Of a stretch of DNA of 64,000 nt, positions 48,886-59,640 are shown piece by piece (positions within the stretch are counted from its first letter, which is position 1; each line of letters begins with the position of its first letter). Where the stretch lies: positions 2,720,001 through 2,784,000 of the forward strand of contig CAWJWJ010000002.1 of assembly GCA_963846575.1 (NCBI GenBank). Direction: 5' to 3'. The translations under genes and the position numbers were made by a program. This DNA is from an uncultured Nitrospiraceae bacterium (GTDB lineage: Bacteria; Nitrospirota; Nitrospiria; Nitrospirales; Nitrospiraceae). The notes beneath the pieces are model-generated. The model was given only the letters and a program-made list of their open reading frames with translations. It had not been told where the DNA came from and did no database searches.

Positions 48886-49428
48886 ATGTTTTTTCAAGAT
48901 GGAGCGACACTCCTCCGCATGCTCGTCATCGGGAGCCTCGCCTATGTCGCGCTGGTTCTCCTGTTGCGAATTGCCGGCAAACGGACCCTGTCGAAATGGA
49001 ATGCGTTCGACCTGGTCGTGACGGTCGCATTCGGCTCCACGCTGGCCACCATCCTCCTTTCGAAGGATACGTCGCTCGCACAAGGCGCACTCGCCTTCTG
49101 CCTGCTCATAACATTGCAGTGGAGCATCACGTGGTTGTCCGTACGGTTCGACAGGGTGGAACGCCTGGTGAAAGCGCAGCCGCGGCTGTTGCTGTTCCAG
49201 GGGCAATGGCAGCAGGCCGCCATGCGGCATGAACGGGTGACGGAAAAAGAAGTTCGTGCGGCCATCCGCGCGAATGGCCACACGACCGTCGAAGATGTCC
49301 ATGCCGTCGTCCTGGAGACCGACGGCAGTTTCAGCGTCATGCACCATCCCGGCGCTTCATCGTCGGCCCTCATCGACGTCCTGGGGTATCCTCCCGGGGA
49401 TTTTCAGCCGCCTGGACGGAGACAGTAA
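48886..49428 (+). CDS. DUF421 (YetF-like) membrane protein
   Basis: GKRTLSKWNAFD, AVVLETDGSFSV. Confidence 0.9.
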   Translation: MFFQDGATLLRMLVIGSLAYVALVLLLRIAGKRTLSKWNAFDLVVTVAFGSTLATILLSKDTSLAQGALAFCLLITLQWSITWLSVRFDRVERLVKAQPRLLLFQGQWQQAAMRHERVTEKEVRAAIRANGHTTVEDVHAVVLETDGSFSVMHHPGASSSALIDVLGYPPGDFQPPGRRQ

Positions 49429-49474
49429 CGAACCCGTCTCCTCGCCCGCACTGTTTGCGGGCTGGTCCGTCGAG

Positions 49475-50497
49475 CTACTTTGAGGACACGAGCACCTGCT
49501 CCAGCGCGCCCGGCAGGGCCTGCAGTTCGGTCCGGGCAAAACCCGCGGCGCGGAACATCTGCTCAAATTCCTTGAAGGTGTAGGCGTCCCCTTCCGGAGT
49601 GGTCGCGAGCATGATCAAGCTGAACTCAGCCACCATGGGAGGCGTGACACGGTCCTCGTTCGGCACGAATTCCAGCGTGATGACCCGACCACCGGCGGTG
49701 AGGCTCCGATGGACCTTACGAAGCAGGGTCTCACATGTGGCGGCGGAGAAATGGTGGAGGAAATTCGTGAGGAGAACGACGTCATACCCGGTCCCGAAGT
49801 CCTGCTGGAACGCGTCGCCGGCGATGGTCCGATAGCGCTGCTGAACGCCCGCCTGGCGGGCCAGGCCTTCCGCAACCGCCAGCACGTTGGGCCAGTCCAG
49901 CGCCACGATCTCGGCCGAGGGGCACCGTTTGGCGATCTCGATCCCGAACAACCCGTGCCCCGCCGCAATATCCAATACCTTCTTCACACCGGGCTCGATT
50001 CGGCTCACCATTTGAGCGATTCCCTCGGCCGGCTTGGCCATCATGGGCATCATGGCCTTGGCAAACTCCACCCACAGCGGATGGTCAGGCGTCACGGTGC
50101 CGGCCCCTTCCAGCACGGTGCCCCCCTTCCGGACCGTTTCGGTCATGTTCCGAAAGGCCTCGGTAAATTGTGGAGCGAGAAGGAACCCGAGGAGAGATCC
50201 CATATAGGCCGGAGAGCGCCGGTCGAGGAATAGGCCGGAATCCTGCGTAAGTTTGTACCCGGGACCCTCCTTGGTCAGGAAACCTTGAATGGTGAGATAG
50301 TCCGCCAGAATCCTGACTCCCCGTTCCGCCGCACCGCAGCGTTGCGCGAGCGCCGCCACCTGCTCCTTTCCTTCAGCGATCGCCGTAAACAGATCCAGTT
50401 CAACGGCGGCCTTGAGGGCCTCCGTTCGTTGAAAGGCGTTGGCGGTCTGAAAAAACAATTGCGGGGTGGGCGTTCCGGGCTGATCCGTCTGCGGCAT
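49475..50497 (-). CDS. SAM-dependent O-methyltransferase with dimerisation domain
   Basis: AAVELDLF, VLDIAAGHG, AGDAF, NFLHHF. Confidence 0.92.
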   Translation of the reverse strand: MPQTDQPGTPTPQLFFQTANAFQRTEALKAAVELDLFTAIAEGKEQVAALAQRCGAAERGVRILADYLTIQGFLTKEGPGYKLTQDSGLFLDRRSPAYMGSLLGFLLAPQFTEAFRNMTETVRKGGTVLEGAGTVTPDHPLWVEFAKAMMPMMAKPAEGIAQMVSRIEPGVKKVLDIAAGHGLFGIEIAKRCPSAEIVALDWPNVLAVAEGLARQAGVQQRYRTIAGDAFQQDFGTGYDVVLLTNFLHHFSAATCETLLRKVHRSLTAGGRVITLEFVPNEDRVTPPMVAEFSLIMLATTPEGDAYTFKEFEQMFRAAGFARTELQALPGALEQVLVSSK

Positions 50498-51124
50498 ATT
50501 TGAGCCTCCTCGATGTCGTCGGAAGTTAGGGAACTGATCCACGCTACTGCGGCTGGAAAGCGGAGTCAACATTCACTCCAAGGAGGCGGCGGTGTCCTCT
50601 CTCATCCTTCCCAACGTTGAAACGAGTGCTCCGGAGATCCATCGCCGGGAGGCGTTGAGGGAACCCTGCGCCGTCGTCTCCTCCCGGGCAGGGCCGGCTG
50701 CAGTGGCTTCCAGTCTGGACCGCAGCATCTTCGTTCACTCGCGCGATGAGGGGCATTGCAAGACAGGGCCATGGGAGACTCACAGCACCTTGCGTCCTGT
50801 ACTATGGAGATTCCGAGTTTTCCCGGACATACACACTGGCGCAGTATGTAGAGAGTAGCCAATGGTGTCGGAGGCCCCACGTGATTCACAGTGTCTGAAA
50901 CTCTGCTGACTCTCCCGACAACGCGCGACGCCCACGAGGCAGATCGCTCCGATCGATTCCAAGCGCGTGGTACAACGAGAGAGGCTGAGTGAGCCCCGAT
51001 CCCTGTTGGCGCAAGTCCGGTGATAGGCTGCTGAGACCACGTATGGTTGACTCAATCGAGGGCGAAGTGACGTCGCAGGCACCATCTGTTCCCCCTGTGA
51101 CACCTCGAGTCGGAAAGGAGCGCC

Positions 51125-52003
51125 TTGCAACGTTTTTTTCACCTGATACCGGTCCTCATGCTCTTGGTGACATCCTCCTGCACGCAAGTGGCCTTCACGG
51201 CGGTCAACCTTCCATCGCGCTTCGACGATATGGTGGTTGTGCAGGATGTGGCGTATGGACCTGAGCCGTTGCAAAAACTCGATATCTATATGCCTGCCGG
51301 TGCAAGGGACCAGCCATTCGATGTGATCGTGTTCCTGTATGGCGGGCGATGGACCAGTGGAACCAAGCAGGATTACCGGTTTGTCGGGGCTACGTTCACG
51401 GACAGGAATTTTGTGGTCGTCGTCCCCGACTGCCGTAAGTATCCGCAGGTACGCTTTCCTGATTTTGTCGAGGATGGGGCGAAAGCGCTGGCCTGGGTCT
51501 ATGACCACGTTGGCGAATACCATGGAAATCCGGAACGGATTCACATTGCGGGACATTCGTCTGGGGCTCATATCGGGGCACTACTCGCTGCGGATGCCCG
51601 CTATCTTGCACAGGAGGGCAAAAACAGATCGCTGGTGGTGCATGATTTTGCCGGCCTCGCGGGTCCCTATGCATTCACGCCGGATGAGCCCGATCTGAAA
51701 GACATGTTCGGTCCTCCGGGCAACTATCCGAACATGCAGGTCACCACCTTCATTGACGGTCACCAACCGCCGATGCTGCTGTTATATGGCGATGCCGACA
51801 AGACGGTAAAATACTCGAACCTTAAAAAGCTGGAGGAACGCATCAAGGTACAAGGCGGCGTGGTGCAATCGGAGGTGTACCATGGTGTCGGACATATCGG
51901 TCTTGCCGCAGCGATGACGTGGTACAACCCGAACGGGACTCCAGTCGTCCAAGACATGACCAGGTTTTTTAATGGAGATGATTCCCGGGTGGTAGCTGAG
52001 TGA
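51125..52003 (+). CDS. Alpha/beta hydrolase (esterase/lipase) lipoprotein
   Basis: Lipobox-like TSSC, YGGRW, GHSSGA nucleophile. Confidence 0.9.
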   Translation: MQRFFHLIPVLMLLVTSSCTQVAFTAVNLPSRFDDMVVVQDVAYGPEPLQKLDIYMPAGARDQPFDVIVFLYGGRWTSGTKQDYRFVGATFTDRNFVVVVPDCRKYPQVRFPDFVEDGAKALAWVYDHVGEYHGNPERIHIAGHSSGAHIGALLAADARYLAQEGKNRSLVVHDFAGLAGPYAFTPDEPDLKDMFGPPGNYPNMQVTTFIDGHQPPMLLLYGDADKTVKYSNLKKLEERIKVQGGVVQSEVYHGVGHIGLAAAMTWYNPNGTPVVQDMTRFFNGDDSRVVAE

Positions 52004-52378
52004 TAGCGACTCCGGGCGATAACGTGACCACGGTTTGCTCGAGGCTCCGGACGCCGGCCCGGGCCTTCCTTTCACGCCGATAGCCCCCGTCAAATTCATG
52101 ACCGCACCCCAAAAGGGTCGTACACGAGGCCCCGCTGGCACGACGACTCCGCAGGCCTACCGTGAGTGCCTTCCCGTGAAACACTTACCCTAATCTATTT
52201 AAGTGTTAAATCTAGGGTTTTGCCGAGGTCCTGAACGCGAGACGCCGTACTACGCTAACTCACCCTGTAAAGGAACCGACCCTCCCATCACCGCCAGTGG
52301 GAAATCCCTCATCCCGGCGGGACCCTTCCGGAAGTAACACCGACAGCTCCCACAGTACACATACAACAAGGAGTGAAC

Positions 52379-53353
52379 ATGGAACTCTCACGCACAGTTG
52401 GAGCCTGGAGCATCGGCGGCTCGCAGATTCGATGGAGCGCCGTCTTTGCCGGATTCGTCGTCGGCGTCGCGGTGCAGATGGTCCTGACGCTCTTAGGAAT
52501 CGCGATCGGTGCCTGGTCGATCAATCTACACGAAACACAGGCGGCGCAGGGCATTCCACTCGGGACCGGGATCTGGACCGGTATTTCAATGCTGATCTCG
52601 GCCTTCATCGGGGGTTATGTGACTTCGCGCCTGTCCGGCGCGCCGCTGCGCTCCGATGGGCTCTATCACGGGGCGGTCGTGTGGGGCGTGACGTGGCTCG
52701 TCTTTGCCTGGCTCACGACGACGGCGATGGCGACGATGATCGGCGGGTTATTCAGCGCGTTCGGAGCGGGGCTCCAAACGATCGGTCAAGCAGCAGGCCA
52801 GGGGGTGAGCACCGCCGTCTCCAAGGTTGTGGATAGGACCGATGTGAGCGCCACTGTCTCCTCGGAAGGATTGAGAAAACAGATCGAATCCATTCTACAA
52901 GCCACGCAAAAACCGGAATTACAGCCGGGTGAAATCAAGAAAGATGCGTCGAAGATCACGGAAAAAGCACAGAGCGGACAGGCCCTGAGTCAGGTGACCG
53001 ATGCGGGATTAGCCGAGCTGACAGCAAAGTTAACCGCATTGGATCGGGATGCCGCCATGAATGTGCTCGTCAATAAGTTCGGCCTGTCCAAAACACAGGC
53101 GCAGGAAGTCGTCCAGTCTTCCATCGGCATGGTTGAGCCTGTAAAGGCGAAAGTACAGGAGGTCAAGGAAAAATCAGTGGACATGGCCAATGCGACCATG
53201 AAGAACGTCGCGTCCGCAGCCTTGTGGATGTTTGTGTTAGCCATGCTGTCTCTTGTGGCGTCGCTGGGCGGCGGGGCCCTGGGTATCGAAGAAGGTATCA
53301 GGGTAGATGCGCAGGGACGTACGGATTTGAGACCGGCCCATGCAGGCGTCTAG
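52379..53353 (+). CDS. Conserved membrane protein (YrzE-like)
   Basis: AAGGAG RBS; IRWSAVFAG, GGYVTSRLSG, HGAVVWG. Confidence 0.78.
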   Translation: MELSRTVGAWSIGGSQIRWSAVFAGFVVGVAVQMVLTLLGIAIGAWSINLHETQAAQGIPLGTGIWTGISMLISAFIGGYVTSRLSGAPLRSDGLYHGAVVWGVTWLVFAWLTTTAMATMIGGLFSAFGAGLQTIGQAAGQGVSTAVSKVVDRTDVSATVSSEGLRKQIESILQATQKPELQPGEIKKDASKITEKAQSGQALSQVTDAGLAELTAKLTALDRDAAMNVLVNKFGLSKTQAQEVVQSSIGMVEPVKAKVQEVKEKSVDMANATMKNVASAALWMFVLAMLSLVASLGGGALGIEEGIRVDAQGRTDLRPAHAGV

Positions 53354-53531
53354 CTACTCAGAGGAGTGTGGGGCGCACCGGGTCACAGCTACGATGGTCG
53401 TGATTCCGGAAGGATTGACCCCACCGGGGTTCCGCTGATCTCAAACAGACTGGTCGAATTCGCTGTCGGTCCGCTTCGTCATTGAATACATGAGGGAGCG
53501 GACCTCAGCCGGACGGACCGCGGCCCGGCTG

Positions 53532-54743
53532 CTAGGACGCCTTCAGCTTTTGCACGAAGTGACTCACGGCGCGCTCGCCCGGATCGCTTCGAGGCGATGC
53601 AGGCTGTTTCGGAGGTACGACCCTGAGCGGCTCGTTGATGGTGGCGGCGCTGCCCATATTGCGGAACCGCATCCGCATCGACTGGTTCACCGCCTGGCCT
53701 TTCGACGCCACCAATTCGCCCCGGCTGCTGCGCACATCTTCTACCAGGATCATGCCATCTTGAAGGTCGGCGAGCCCGACCGCCATCACTTTGGCTGTTA
53801 CATCCGTCGTGACGCAGGCAATCAGCGCTTCGAGGACATTCCGATCGTACTGATCCTTTCGCCCTTTTAACAGGGTGAGGGCGCTCGCCTGTGACTTGCC
53901 CGACGAGAGGAGCGCATCAAAATCCAGCGCAACCTTGAGAATCCTGGCTCCCATGGGAAGTCCCTCCCCGGTGTGGGGATCCTGAGACCCCTCCGCGGCA
54001 CGAAAGGGCTTGTCCTGAAACCGGATGATCTCCGCGACGGGCTTCATCCGGGGAATGGCGGCCACCATGTCCGCGCCCATGAAGGGGTGCTGCTTATAGA
54101 GCTGGGATTCCTCCGCCGATAATCTCTCCCCGCGGTATACCTTATCCAGCACGATTTCCGGCAGGATCACGCAGCCGATCTGTGACAGCATGGCCGCGGT
54201 GGTGGTCAGCCAGGGATCAGGAAGCCGGAGTTGATCGGAGATCGCCTGTACCGAGCGGGTGATGCGGGAGGAGCGCCCGAAGGCTTCGGGGTTGGCAAAA
54301 GACAGCATGTCACACAGTACCCGGATACTGCCGCTCAATGTCTGCTCGAGCAGTTCACGTTCCGCGGTGATCAGCTTGTGCTGCTGCAGGGCGGCTGTGA
54401 GCGTGTCCATGAGGAGATCCGGAGGACAGGGCTTGGTCAGAAAGCGAAAGATCTGCCCCTCATTGATCGCCTGCACGGCTGCCTCAAGATTGGCGTTCCC
54501 GGTGAACAGGATCCGGACGCTGTCGCGGGAACGCTCGCGCACCTGACGCAAAAATTCCACCCCGTCCATACCGGGCATCTGCCGATCGGAAACGACCACG
54601 GCAAAGGGGCCGCGTTCGGCGATGGCCTGCAGTCCCTCCTGGGGGCCGGTCGCCGTGTCCACGTCAAAATCCTTTCGCAGCTGCCGTTTGAAGCCCTCCA
54701 GTACATTGGGCTCGTCGTCGACGAACAGGATGGTGTCACTCAT
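53532..54743 (-). CDS. Response regulator with degenerate HD-GYP-like output domain
   Basis: REC motifs VDDE, SDRQMP, FLTKP; HD-like region has LSQIG in place of LHDIG. Confidence 0.88.
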   Translation of the reverse strand: MSDTILFVDDEPNVLEGFKRQLRKDFDVDTATGPQEGLQAIAERGPFAVVVSDRQMPGMDGVEFLRQVRERSRDSVRILFTGNANLEAAVQAINEGQIFRFLTKPCPPDLLMDTLTAALQQHKLITAERELLEQTLSGSIRVLCDMLSFANPEAFGRSSRITRSVQAISDQLRLPDPWLTTTAAMLSQIGCVILPEIVLDKVYRGERLSAEESQLYKQHPFMGADMVAAIPRMKPVAEIIRFQDKPFRAAEGSQDPHTGEGLPMGARILKVALDFDALLSSGKSQASALTLLKGRKDQYDRNVLEALIACVTTDVTAKVMAVGLADLQDGMILVEDVRSSRGELVASKGQAVNQSMRMRFRNMGSAATINEPLRVVPPKQPASPRSDPGERAVSHFVQKLKAS

Positions 54744-55947
54744 GGACTGGCTCCTTCCGCCATTCCACGGCCGCCTCACGCCAGGCTGGAATTCGACCGG
54801 CCAGCCCCAGACGGTCCAGATAGGCAGTATCCCATGACAGGAGCGGCGCTTCCGGCCTCGCCGGCAAGCCTTCACGTTGCAACAGATCGGCGACGTGCAC
54901 GGCCGTCAACGGAGAAAACATGTTCCCCGCATGACCGGCCGGCGCATGATGGTATCTCACGGCCTCCACGATCGGGCCGCTGATCCCCCACAACCCGAGC
55001 ACATAGGCTCCCAGCTCCGCATGGGTACAGCCGAAGATCTGTTGTTCCGCCATCCAGACGGGAATCCGGCGATCGGCGGAAAGTTGGAGCGCCGCCGCAT
55101 ATCCTGCGCTGGCATGTCCCGCAAGGACGACCGTGCCGATCTCATGAAGCAGGCCGGCTGTGCCCGCTTGCTCGATCGTCTGTGGCGTGGCCGCCTCGGC
55201 CCGTGCAATCACCCTCGCCATCAGCCCGGTCTCCCGGCTGTCCTGCCAAAGACGTTCGACATTGAGATGGCCGCTACCGGCAGTGGAGAGCACAGAACAA
55301 CCCTCGCCCAGGCGCACCATGGATTGAATGGCCTCGAACCCCAACATGTTCGCCGCCTGCTCCACCGTCGACACCTCGTCGCCGTGGCCGCCACAGGTTG
55401 AGTTGGCAATTTGCAGAATCTTGGCGGTCATGCCCACGTCTTTCGAAATAATGGAAACCACCGTCTGCAGACAGGGATTCTCAGCGGCCAGCTCCCTGGT
55501 GAGTTGGCCATACAGGCGTGGCAACATAGGCACACTGCTCAGCCCGGTGGCGAGCCGCCTCAACTCATCGTTCACTAGCCAGTCACGCAAATCGCACGCA
55601 CGCGAGATGGTGGCCTTCAGCTTGTCAGGTTGGCACGGTTTGGCGAGATATTGGTGAGCGGCACCACGCGCCTGATCGATCATGGCTTGATCGGATTGTC
55701 CTGAGAGCACGATGCGCACGATGTGGGGAAAGCGGTCCTGCACTTCCTTCAGGAGTTTCGCGCCATCCATGCCCGGCATCCGCATGTCCGACACCACCAC
55801 GTCGAAGGGCGTCCGCGTCAAGGTTTGCAAAGCGTCCATTCCGCCACTGACAAAGGCCATGGTCCATTCGTGCCGCATAGGCCGGAGCATGCGCTGCAAG
55901 CCATTGAGCACATTTTCCTCATCGTCGACAAACAACAGCCGCTTCAT
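54736..55947 (-). CDS. Response regulator with HDOD domain
   Basis: REC motifs VDDE, SDMRMP, LAKP; HDOD TAKILQIANS, GLLHEIG, HAELGAYVLGLWG. Confidence 0.92.
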   Translation of the reverse strand: MKRLLFVDDEENVLNGLQRMLRPMRHEWTMAFVSGGMDALQTLTRTPFDVVVSDMRMPGMDGAKLLKEVQDRFPHIVRIVLSGQSDQAMIDQARGAAHQYLAKPCQPDKLKATISRACDLRDWLVNDELRRLATGLSSVPMLPRLYGQLTRELAAENPCLQTVVSIISKDVGMTAKILQIANSTCGGHGDEVSTVEQAANMLGFEAIQSMVRLGEGCSVLSTAGSGHLNVERLWQDSRETGLMARVIARAEAATPQTIEQAGTAGLLHEIGTVVLAGHASAGYAAALQLSADRRIPVWMAEQQIFGCTHAELGAYVLGLWGISGPIVEAVRYHHAPAGHAGNMFSPLTAVHVADLLQREGLPARPEAPLLSWDTAYLDRLGLAGRIPAWREAAVEWRKEPVHE

Positions 55948-57587
55948 GACGCTCCTTGGCCGGGTAATGCAGCACCCGGGGCCGCAAGCGGGAGCCGTAT
56001 CACGAACGTCGTGCCCCGGCCCGGTTCACTCTCCACCGTAATGGTGCCGCCATGCTTGTCCACGACGACCGAACGCGCGATGGCCAGCCCCTGCCCGGTC
56101 CCCTTCCCCACCTCCTTGGTGGTAAAAAACGGATCGAAGATCTTTGATCGAATCGAGTCCGGGATGCCGCCTCCGGTATCGGCAATACGAATCTCGGCCC
56201 ATTCCTCAACCCGGCTCGTGGAGACCGTAATCGTGCCTTTCGTCCCGGATGTCCTGACGACGTCGGCAATGGCATGGGCGGCATTCACGATAATGTTCAG
56301 CAGAACCTGATTGAGTTCGCCCACCAGACAGGGCACCGGTGGGAGCGACTGGTCCAGCCTCGTCTCCAACTCCGCCACATACTTCCATTCGTTGCTGGCG
56401 ACGGTGATGGTACTCTTGATGGCACTGTTCAAACTCACAGCCTTCTTTTCGCTGCTTCCCGGGTGGGCGAATTCTTTCATGGCCTGCACGATGGTTCCCA
56501 CCCGGGCGATCCCGTCGAGAGACTGGAAGATCGCCTGGGGAATCTCTGACAAGAGGTATTGCAGGTCGGCCTGGTCGTTGGCTCTCTCGCAGGCTTCAAT
56601 GAGGGCGGGTGAGCAGGCGCCTGCCTTCACGGCTTCGAGCAGGACCTGATATTGCTGCAGCACGCGCAGGAGATCGATGAACGACTCATTGAGAAACATA
56701 GTATTGTCGCCGACGAACTGCGTCGGAGTGTTGATCTCATGGGCAATGCCCGCCGCCAGCTGGCCGATGGATTCCAGCTTTTGCGACTGGGCGATCTCGT
56801 GATCGAGCTTGACCTGTTCGGTGATGTCTTTCCCCATGAAGATGTACCCGGTGCCGTGGCCTTGCACGACCGGCGTGACCGTCATCCCGATGAGTCGATC
56901 TGCCCCGGCATCCTGCCGCATACGCACTTTTATTCGCGTTCTGGAGAGCTGCATCATGCCGAGCACTTCGTCCCAATTCCAAGCAATCGGAAGGTCTTGC
57001 AGCTGCCGGTCCAAGACCACGTTCCTGGTCAGGCCGAAGGTCTGCTCCGCCATAGCCGTCCATTCGGTGACCACACCGGATGCATCGACATAAATACAAA
57101 ACACGTCGACTGCAGCCAAGATGCCGGCCCGGTCCCGCGCAGCCTGTTCAGCCCGTTCCTTCGCGTCCTTCAGCGATTGCTCCGCCTTCTTGCGAGCGGT
57201 GATATCGCGCACGAACGCACTGAACAGGCACCCCTGTTCGGTATTGGCCGAGGTCACGGTCAGCTCGATGGGGAATTGGCGTTGGTCGCGATGCCAGCCC
57301 TCGACCTCGATGCGTCTCCCCAGGACGGCACCTTTCCCGGTGGCGTGGAAGGTCTGAATCCCGCGCTCGTGTGCGGCCCGATACGCAGGCGGAATGATGA
57401 CGTCCGAAAGCCGGCGTCCCAAGACTTCTTTTGCGGACCATCCAAAAATGATTTCGCTCTGCGGATTCCAGCCGACAATGGTGCCGGCCGGGTTCATCAA
57501 AATATGAGCGTCCAGCGCGCTGTTTAAAATCGTGTGTGCAGTCTCTGACTCCAAAGCGAAGGACTGGCCCGTCAAGCTGGGTTCCAT
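55944..57587 (-). CDS. Cytoplasmic PAS-domain sensor histidine kinase
   Basis: Two PAS domains; AHEINTP H-box, NIIVNAAHA, DTGGGI, FFTTK.VGKGTGQGL. Confidence 0.95.
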   Translation of the reverse strand: MEPSLTGQSFALESETAHTILNSALDAHILMNPAGTIVGWNPQSEIIFGWSAKEVLGRRLSDVIIPPAYRAAHERGIQTFHATGKGAVLGRRIEVEGWHRDQRQFPIELTVTSANTEQGCLFSAFVRDITARKKAEQSLKDAKERAEQAARDRAGILAAVDVFCIYVDASGVVTEWTAMAEQTFGLTRNVVLDRQLQDLPIAWNWDEVLGMMQLSRTRIKVRMRQDAGADRLIGMTVTPVVQGHGTGYIFMGKDITEQVKLDHEIAQSQKLESIGQLAAGIAHEINTPTQFVGDNTMFLNESFIDLLRVLQQYQVLLEAVKAGACSPALIEACERANDQADLQYLLSEIPQAIFQSLDGIARVGTIVQAMKEFAHPGSSEKKAVSLNSAIKSTITVASNEWKYVAELETRLDQSLPPVPCLVGELNQVLLNIIVNAAHAIADVVRTSGTKGTITVSTSRVEEWAEIRIADTGGGIPDSIRSKIFDPFFTTKEVGKGTGQGLAIARSVVVDKHGGTITVESEPGRGTTFVIRLPLAAPGAALPGQGAS

Positions 57588-57885
57588 TGGCGGCTCTTCC
57601 TCCGGTATCGCTACAACTTCGTTCTACCCAGCGCGTTCGCGCCTGAGTTCAGCGGGATTCGGCCCGCGGAGCCTGCCGGCAGGCCCTTACATCATATGGT
57701 TTCGGGGGTCATGGTCGTAGGAAGACCTTGTCGTCAGGGGAAGCGGAGGCATTCCCGCCATCCGCCCGGTCCAAACGAGGCTTCGAGACCGGTTACATCC
57801 TATCTGTGCCCCGCGACCCGCTCGGATCCCCGGCGAGTACCTAGGTAGTCATCTTGATTTCTGAACCGAGATGGCGGCGAGATCT

Positions 57886-57912
57886 ATATCGGCGGTTTCC
57901 CTGAAAAATTGA
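57886..57912 (-). promoter_or_regulatory. Candidate sigma28 (FliA) promoter
   Basis: Minus strand TCAA-N15-GCCGATAT vs consensus TAAA-N15-GCCGATAA, about 300 bp upstream of the kinase. Confidence 0.6.
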
Positions 57913-58154
57913 ATGGGCCGAGAGAGGAGCCAGGAGGAGTGCGCTGCGATGAACCGGTCCCAAGAGTGCCGGCGGAATTGACAAGCGAACGCGGCCGTGA
58001 GTCGCCTGCGGTCCGGACGGTTCAGGCCGTGCTTGCGGGCTGTGGCGAAGTAAGAGTGGAACCGGACGCACCATTGAAGCCCTTTGCCTTCTCCGTCTCT
58101 ACGAGGGCATGGGTCTGGCAGAGGCCACGTCCTTCATCGACCGGCCGCGACCAT

Positions 58155-58177
58155 GCGCGACCTGCCCCAGGTCGCGC
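58155..58177 (-). terminator. GC-rich hairpin directly after the DUF5069-like stop codon
   Basis: GCGCGACCTG-NNN-CAGGTCGCGC perfect 10-bp stem; no U-tract. Confidence 0.4.
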
Positions 58178-58528
58178 TCAACTGATTCGCACCGCGCCTT
58201 CTCGCTTGTTCCACGCGTCGAGTTCGGCCTGCGGCCGCTTTTTCGCATGCGCAGCGATCCATTCGGCTATCTGCTCGTCAGTGGCCCCGGTGGACACGAA
58301 CGATCTGAATTCATCGTATCTGATTCCGGCAAACGTCAGCCAACGCTGATCCAGCGGGCAATTGGAGAGATACTCCCCTTCCCGGCCCACGAGTTCGGCC
58401 CGGCATTTATCCACGGCCCGTGCGGCCAGCGCATATCCTCCTAACATTTCACGCGGCTTGCGAGGAGACTCTTTGTCATCCCTCAAGTCCCGCGCCAGGA
58501 CCTGGATTTTCTCAAGATGTGCGGTCAT
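58178..58528 (-). CDS. DUF5069-like protein
   Basis: PRKPREMLGGY..AARAVDKCRA...GEY..NCPLD; AAGGAG RBS. Confidence 0.8.
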   Translation of the reverse strand: MTAHLEKIQVLARDLRDDKESPRKPREMLGGYALAARAVDKCRAELVGREGEYLSNCPLDQRWLTFAGIRYDEFRSFVSTGATDEQIAEWIAAHAKKRPQAELDAWNKREGAVRIS

Positions 58529-58893
58529 CGTCGCTCCTTTCCCTACAGAGAATTGTGTCAGGACCCTGAACGGGCTGAACAGTTTCGGACCCGGTCGCTC
58601 TCGAAAGTCGATGCGCATGGCGGGTATTGCGCGGTGAGACCAGCGCCCGCGCGTGTCCTGGTCGCTAATCGGTGAGCCGGCTGGCGATTGATCTCGTTAT
58701 CGGTGTGGTTGACGCCGGAGCAGCGGGCCGGACCGACGCGGGCATTTCGTATCTTCCGCTGTGTTCCTCCACCGTGAGCGGCTCAAGGATCTGCCCCGTT
58801 CGGTCGCGCGCCGGGACCATGGTACAGGTCAGCGTACCGGCCGGATCATCCTTCGCTTCCCATGGGTCGCTTCACCCTACGATCCAGCTGCCG

Positions 58894-59640
58894 TCAGACT
58901 TTCACAGGGGTCGATCCCAGCACGTCGCGCATGGCCGTCGCCAGATCGCGTAGCGCTTGCCCCCCGTCGCCCTCGAAGGCGGAGCCATGCATGAGCGCCA
59001 ATCGCGCCGGCTGCAAATCGGCCAGTCCATGGAGGATCGGATCCGTCAACGGCGTGTAGGGGTAGGCATTCGCGAAGGGCCCTTGTTGCCCCTCGATCAA
59101 CCCCTGTTTCGCGCGATCGACCACATCCGAATCCGTGAGCGGCGCCACGTCCCCATTGTGGGTGAACAGATCCGAGCAGAACAACGTGCGCGTGACTTCC
59201 TCAAAGAGAAGGCTCGCCTCCCAGTTGTGGGGCACATGCGGGGTCTGCCGGAAGCGCAGCCGGTGCCTGCCGATCTTCAACACCTCATCCTGTGCCAACA
59301 CGCGGGCTGGACGGACAGCTAGATCGTTCACGCTGACGGCCGCTCCAACAAGCCCGCAGACCGGTTCCGCCCGAGGCGCCACCTGCAGCCACTCGTTCAA
59401 CGCCCCGCATTCGTCAGCCTCATAGTGACTGAAGCTGACCCATCGAATGCTCGAAGGATCGATCACGCGGGCCACCGCATCCCGCAGCAACGGGAACATC
59501 TGCTTCATCCCTGCGTGAAACAGCAGCGGCTCCTCATCCTTGATCAGGAAATGGTTGAACCGCAGATTGAAGGCCGGCACATAGATCGACAGGGCAAACA
59601 GATCGGGGGCAATCTCGGACACTCTCGCCTTCTCGTTCAT
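58894..59640 (-). CDS. Stand-alone metallo-beta-lactamase-fold protein (flavodiiron/FprA N-terminal-like)
   Basis: [28 protein letters not shown]. Confidence 0.85.
   Translation of the reverse strand: MNEKARVSEIAPDLFALSIYVPAFNLRFNHFLIKDEEPLLFHAGMKQMFPLLRDAVARVIDPSSIRWVSFSHYEADECGALNEWLQVAPRAEPVCGLVGAAVSVNDLAVRPARVLAQDEVLKIGRHRLRFRQTPHVPHNWEASLLFEEVTRTLFCSDLFTHNGDVAPLTDSDVVDRAKQGLIEGQQGPFANAYPYTPLTDPILHGLADLQPARLALMHGSAFEGDGGQALRDLATAMRDVLGSTPVKV

Noticed and set aside
52196..52225. AT-rich dyad ATTTAA-GTG-TTAAAT upstream of the YrzE-like gene
   Set aside because: Single short occurrence that cannot be assigned to a regulator
58178..58528. DUF5069-like gene as a truncated pseudogene
   Set aside because: Shorter than I expected, but it has a clean stop and hairpin and no out-of-frame continuation was seen
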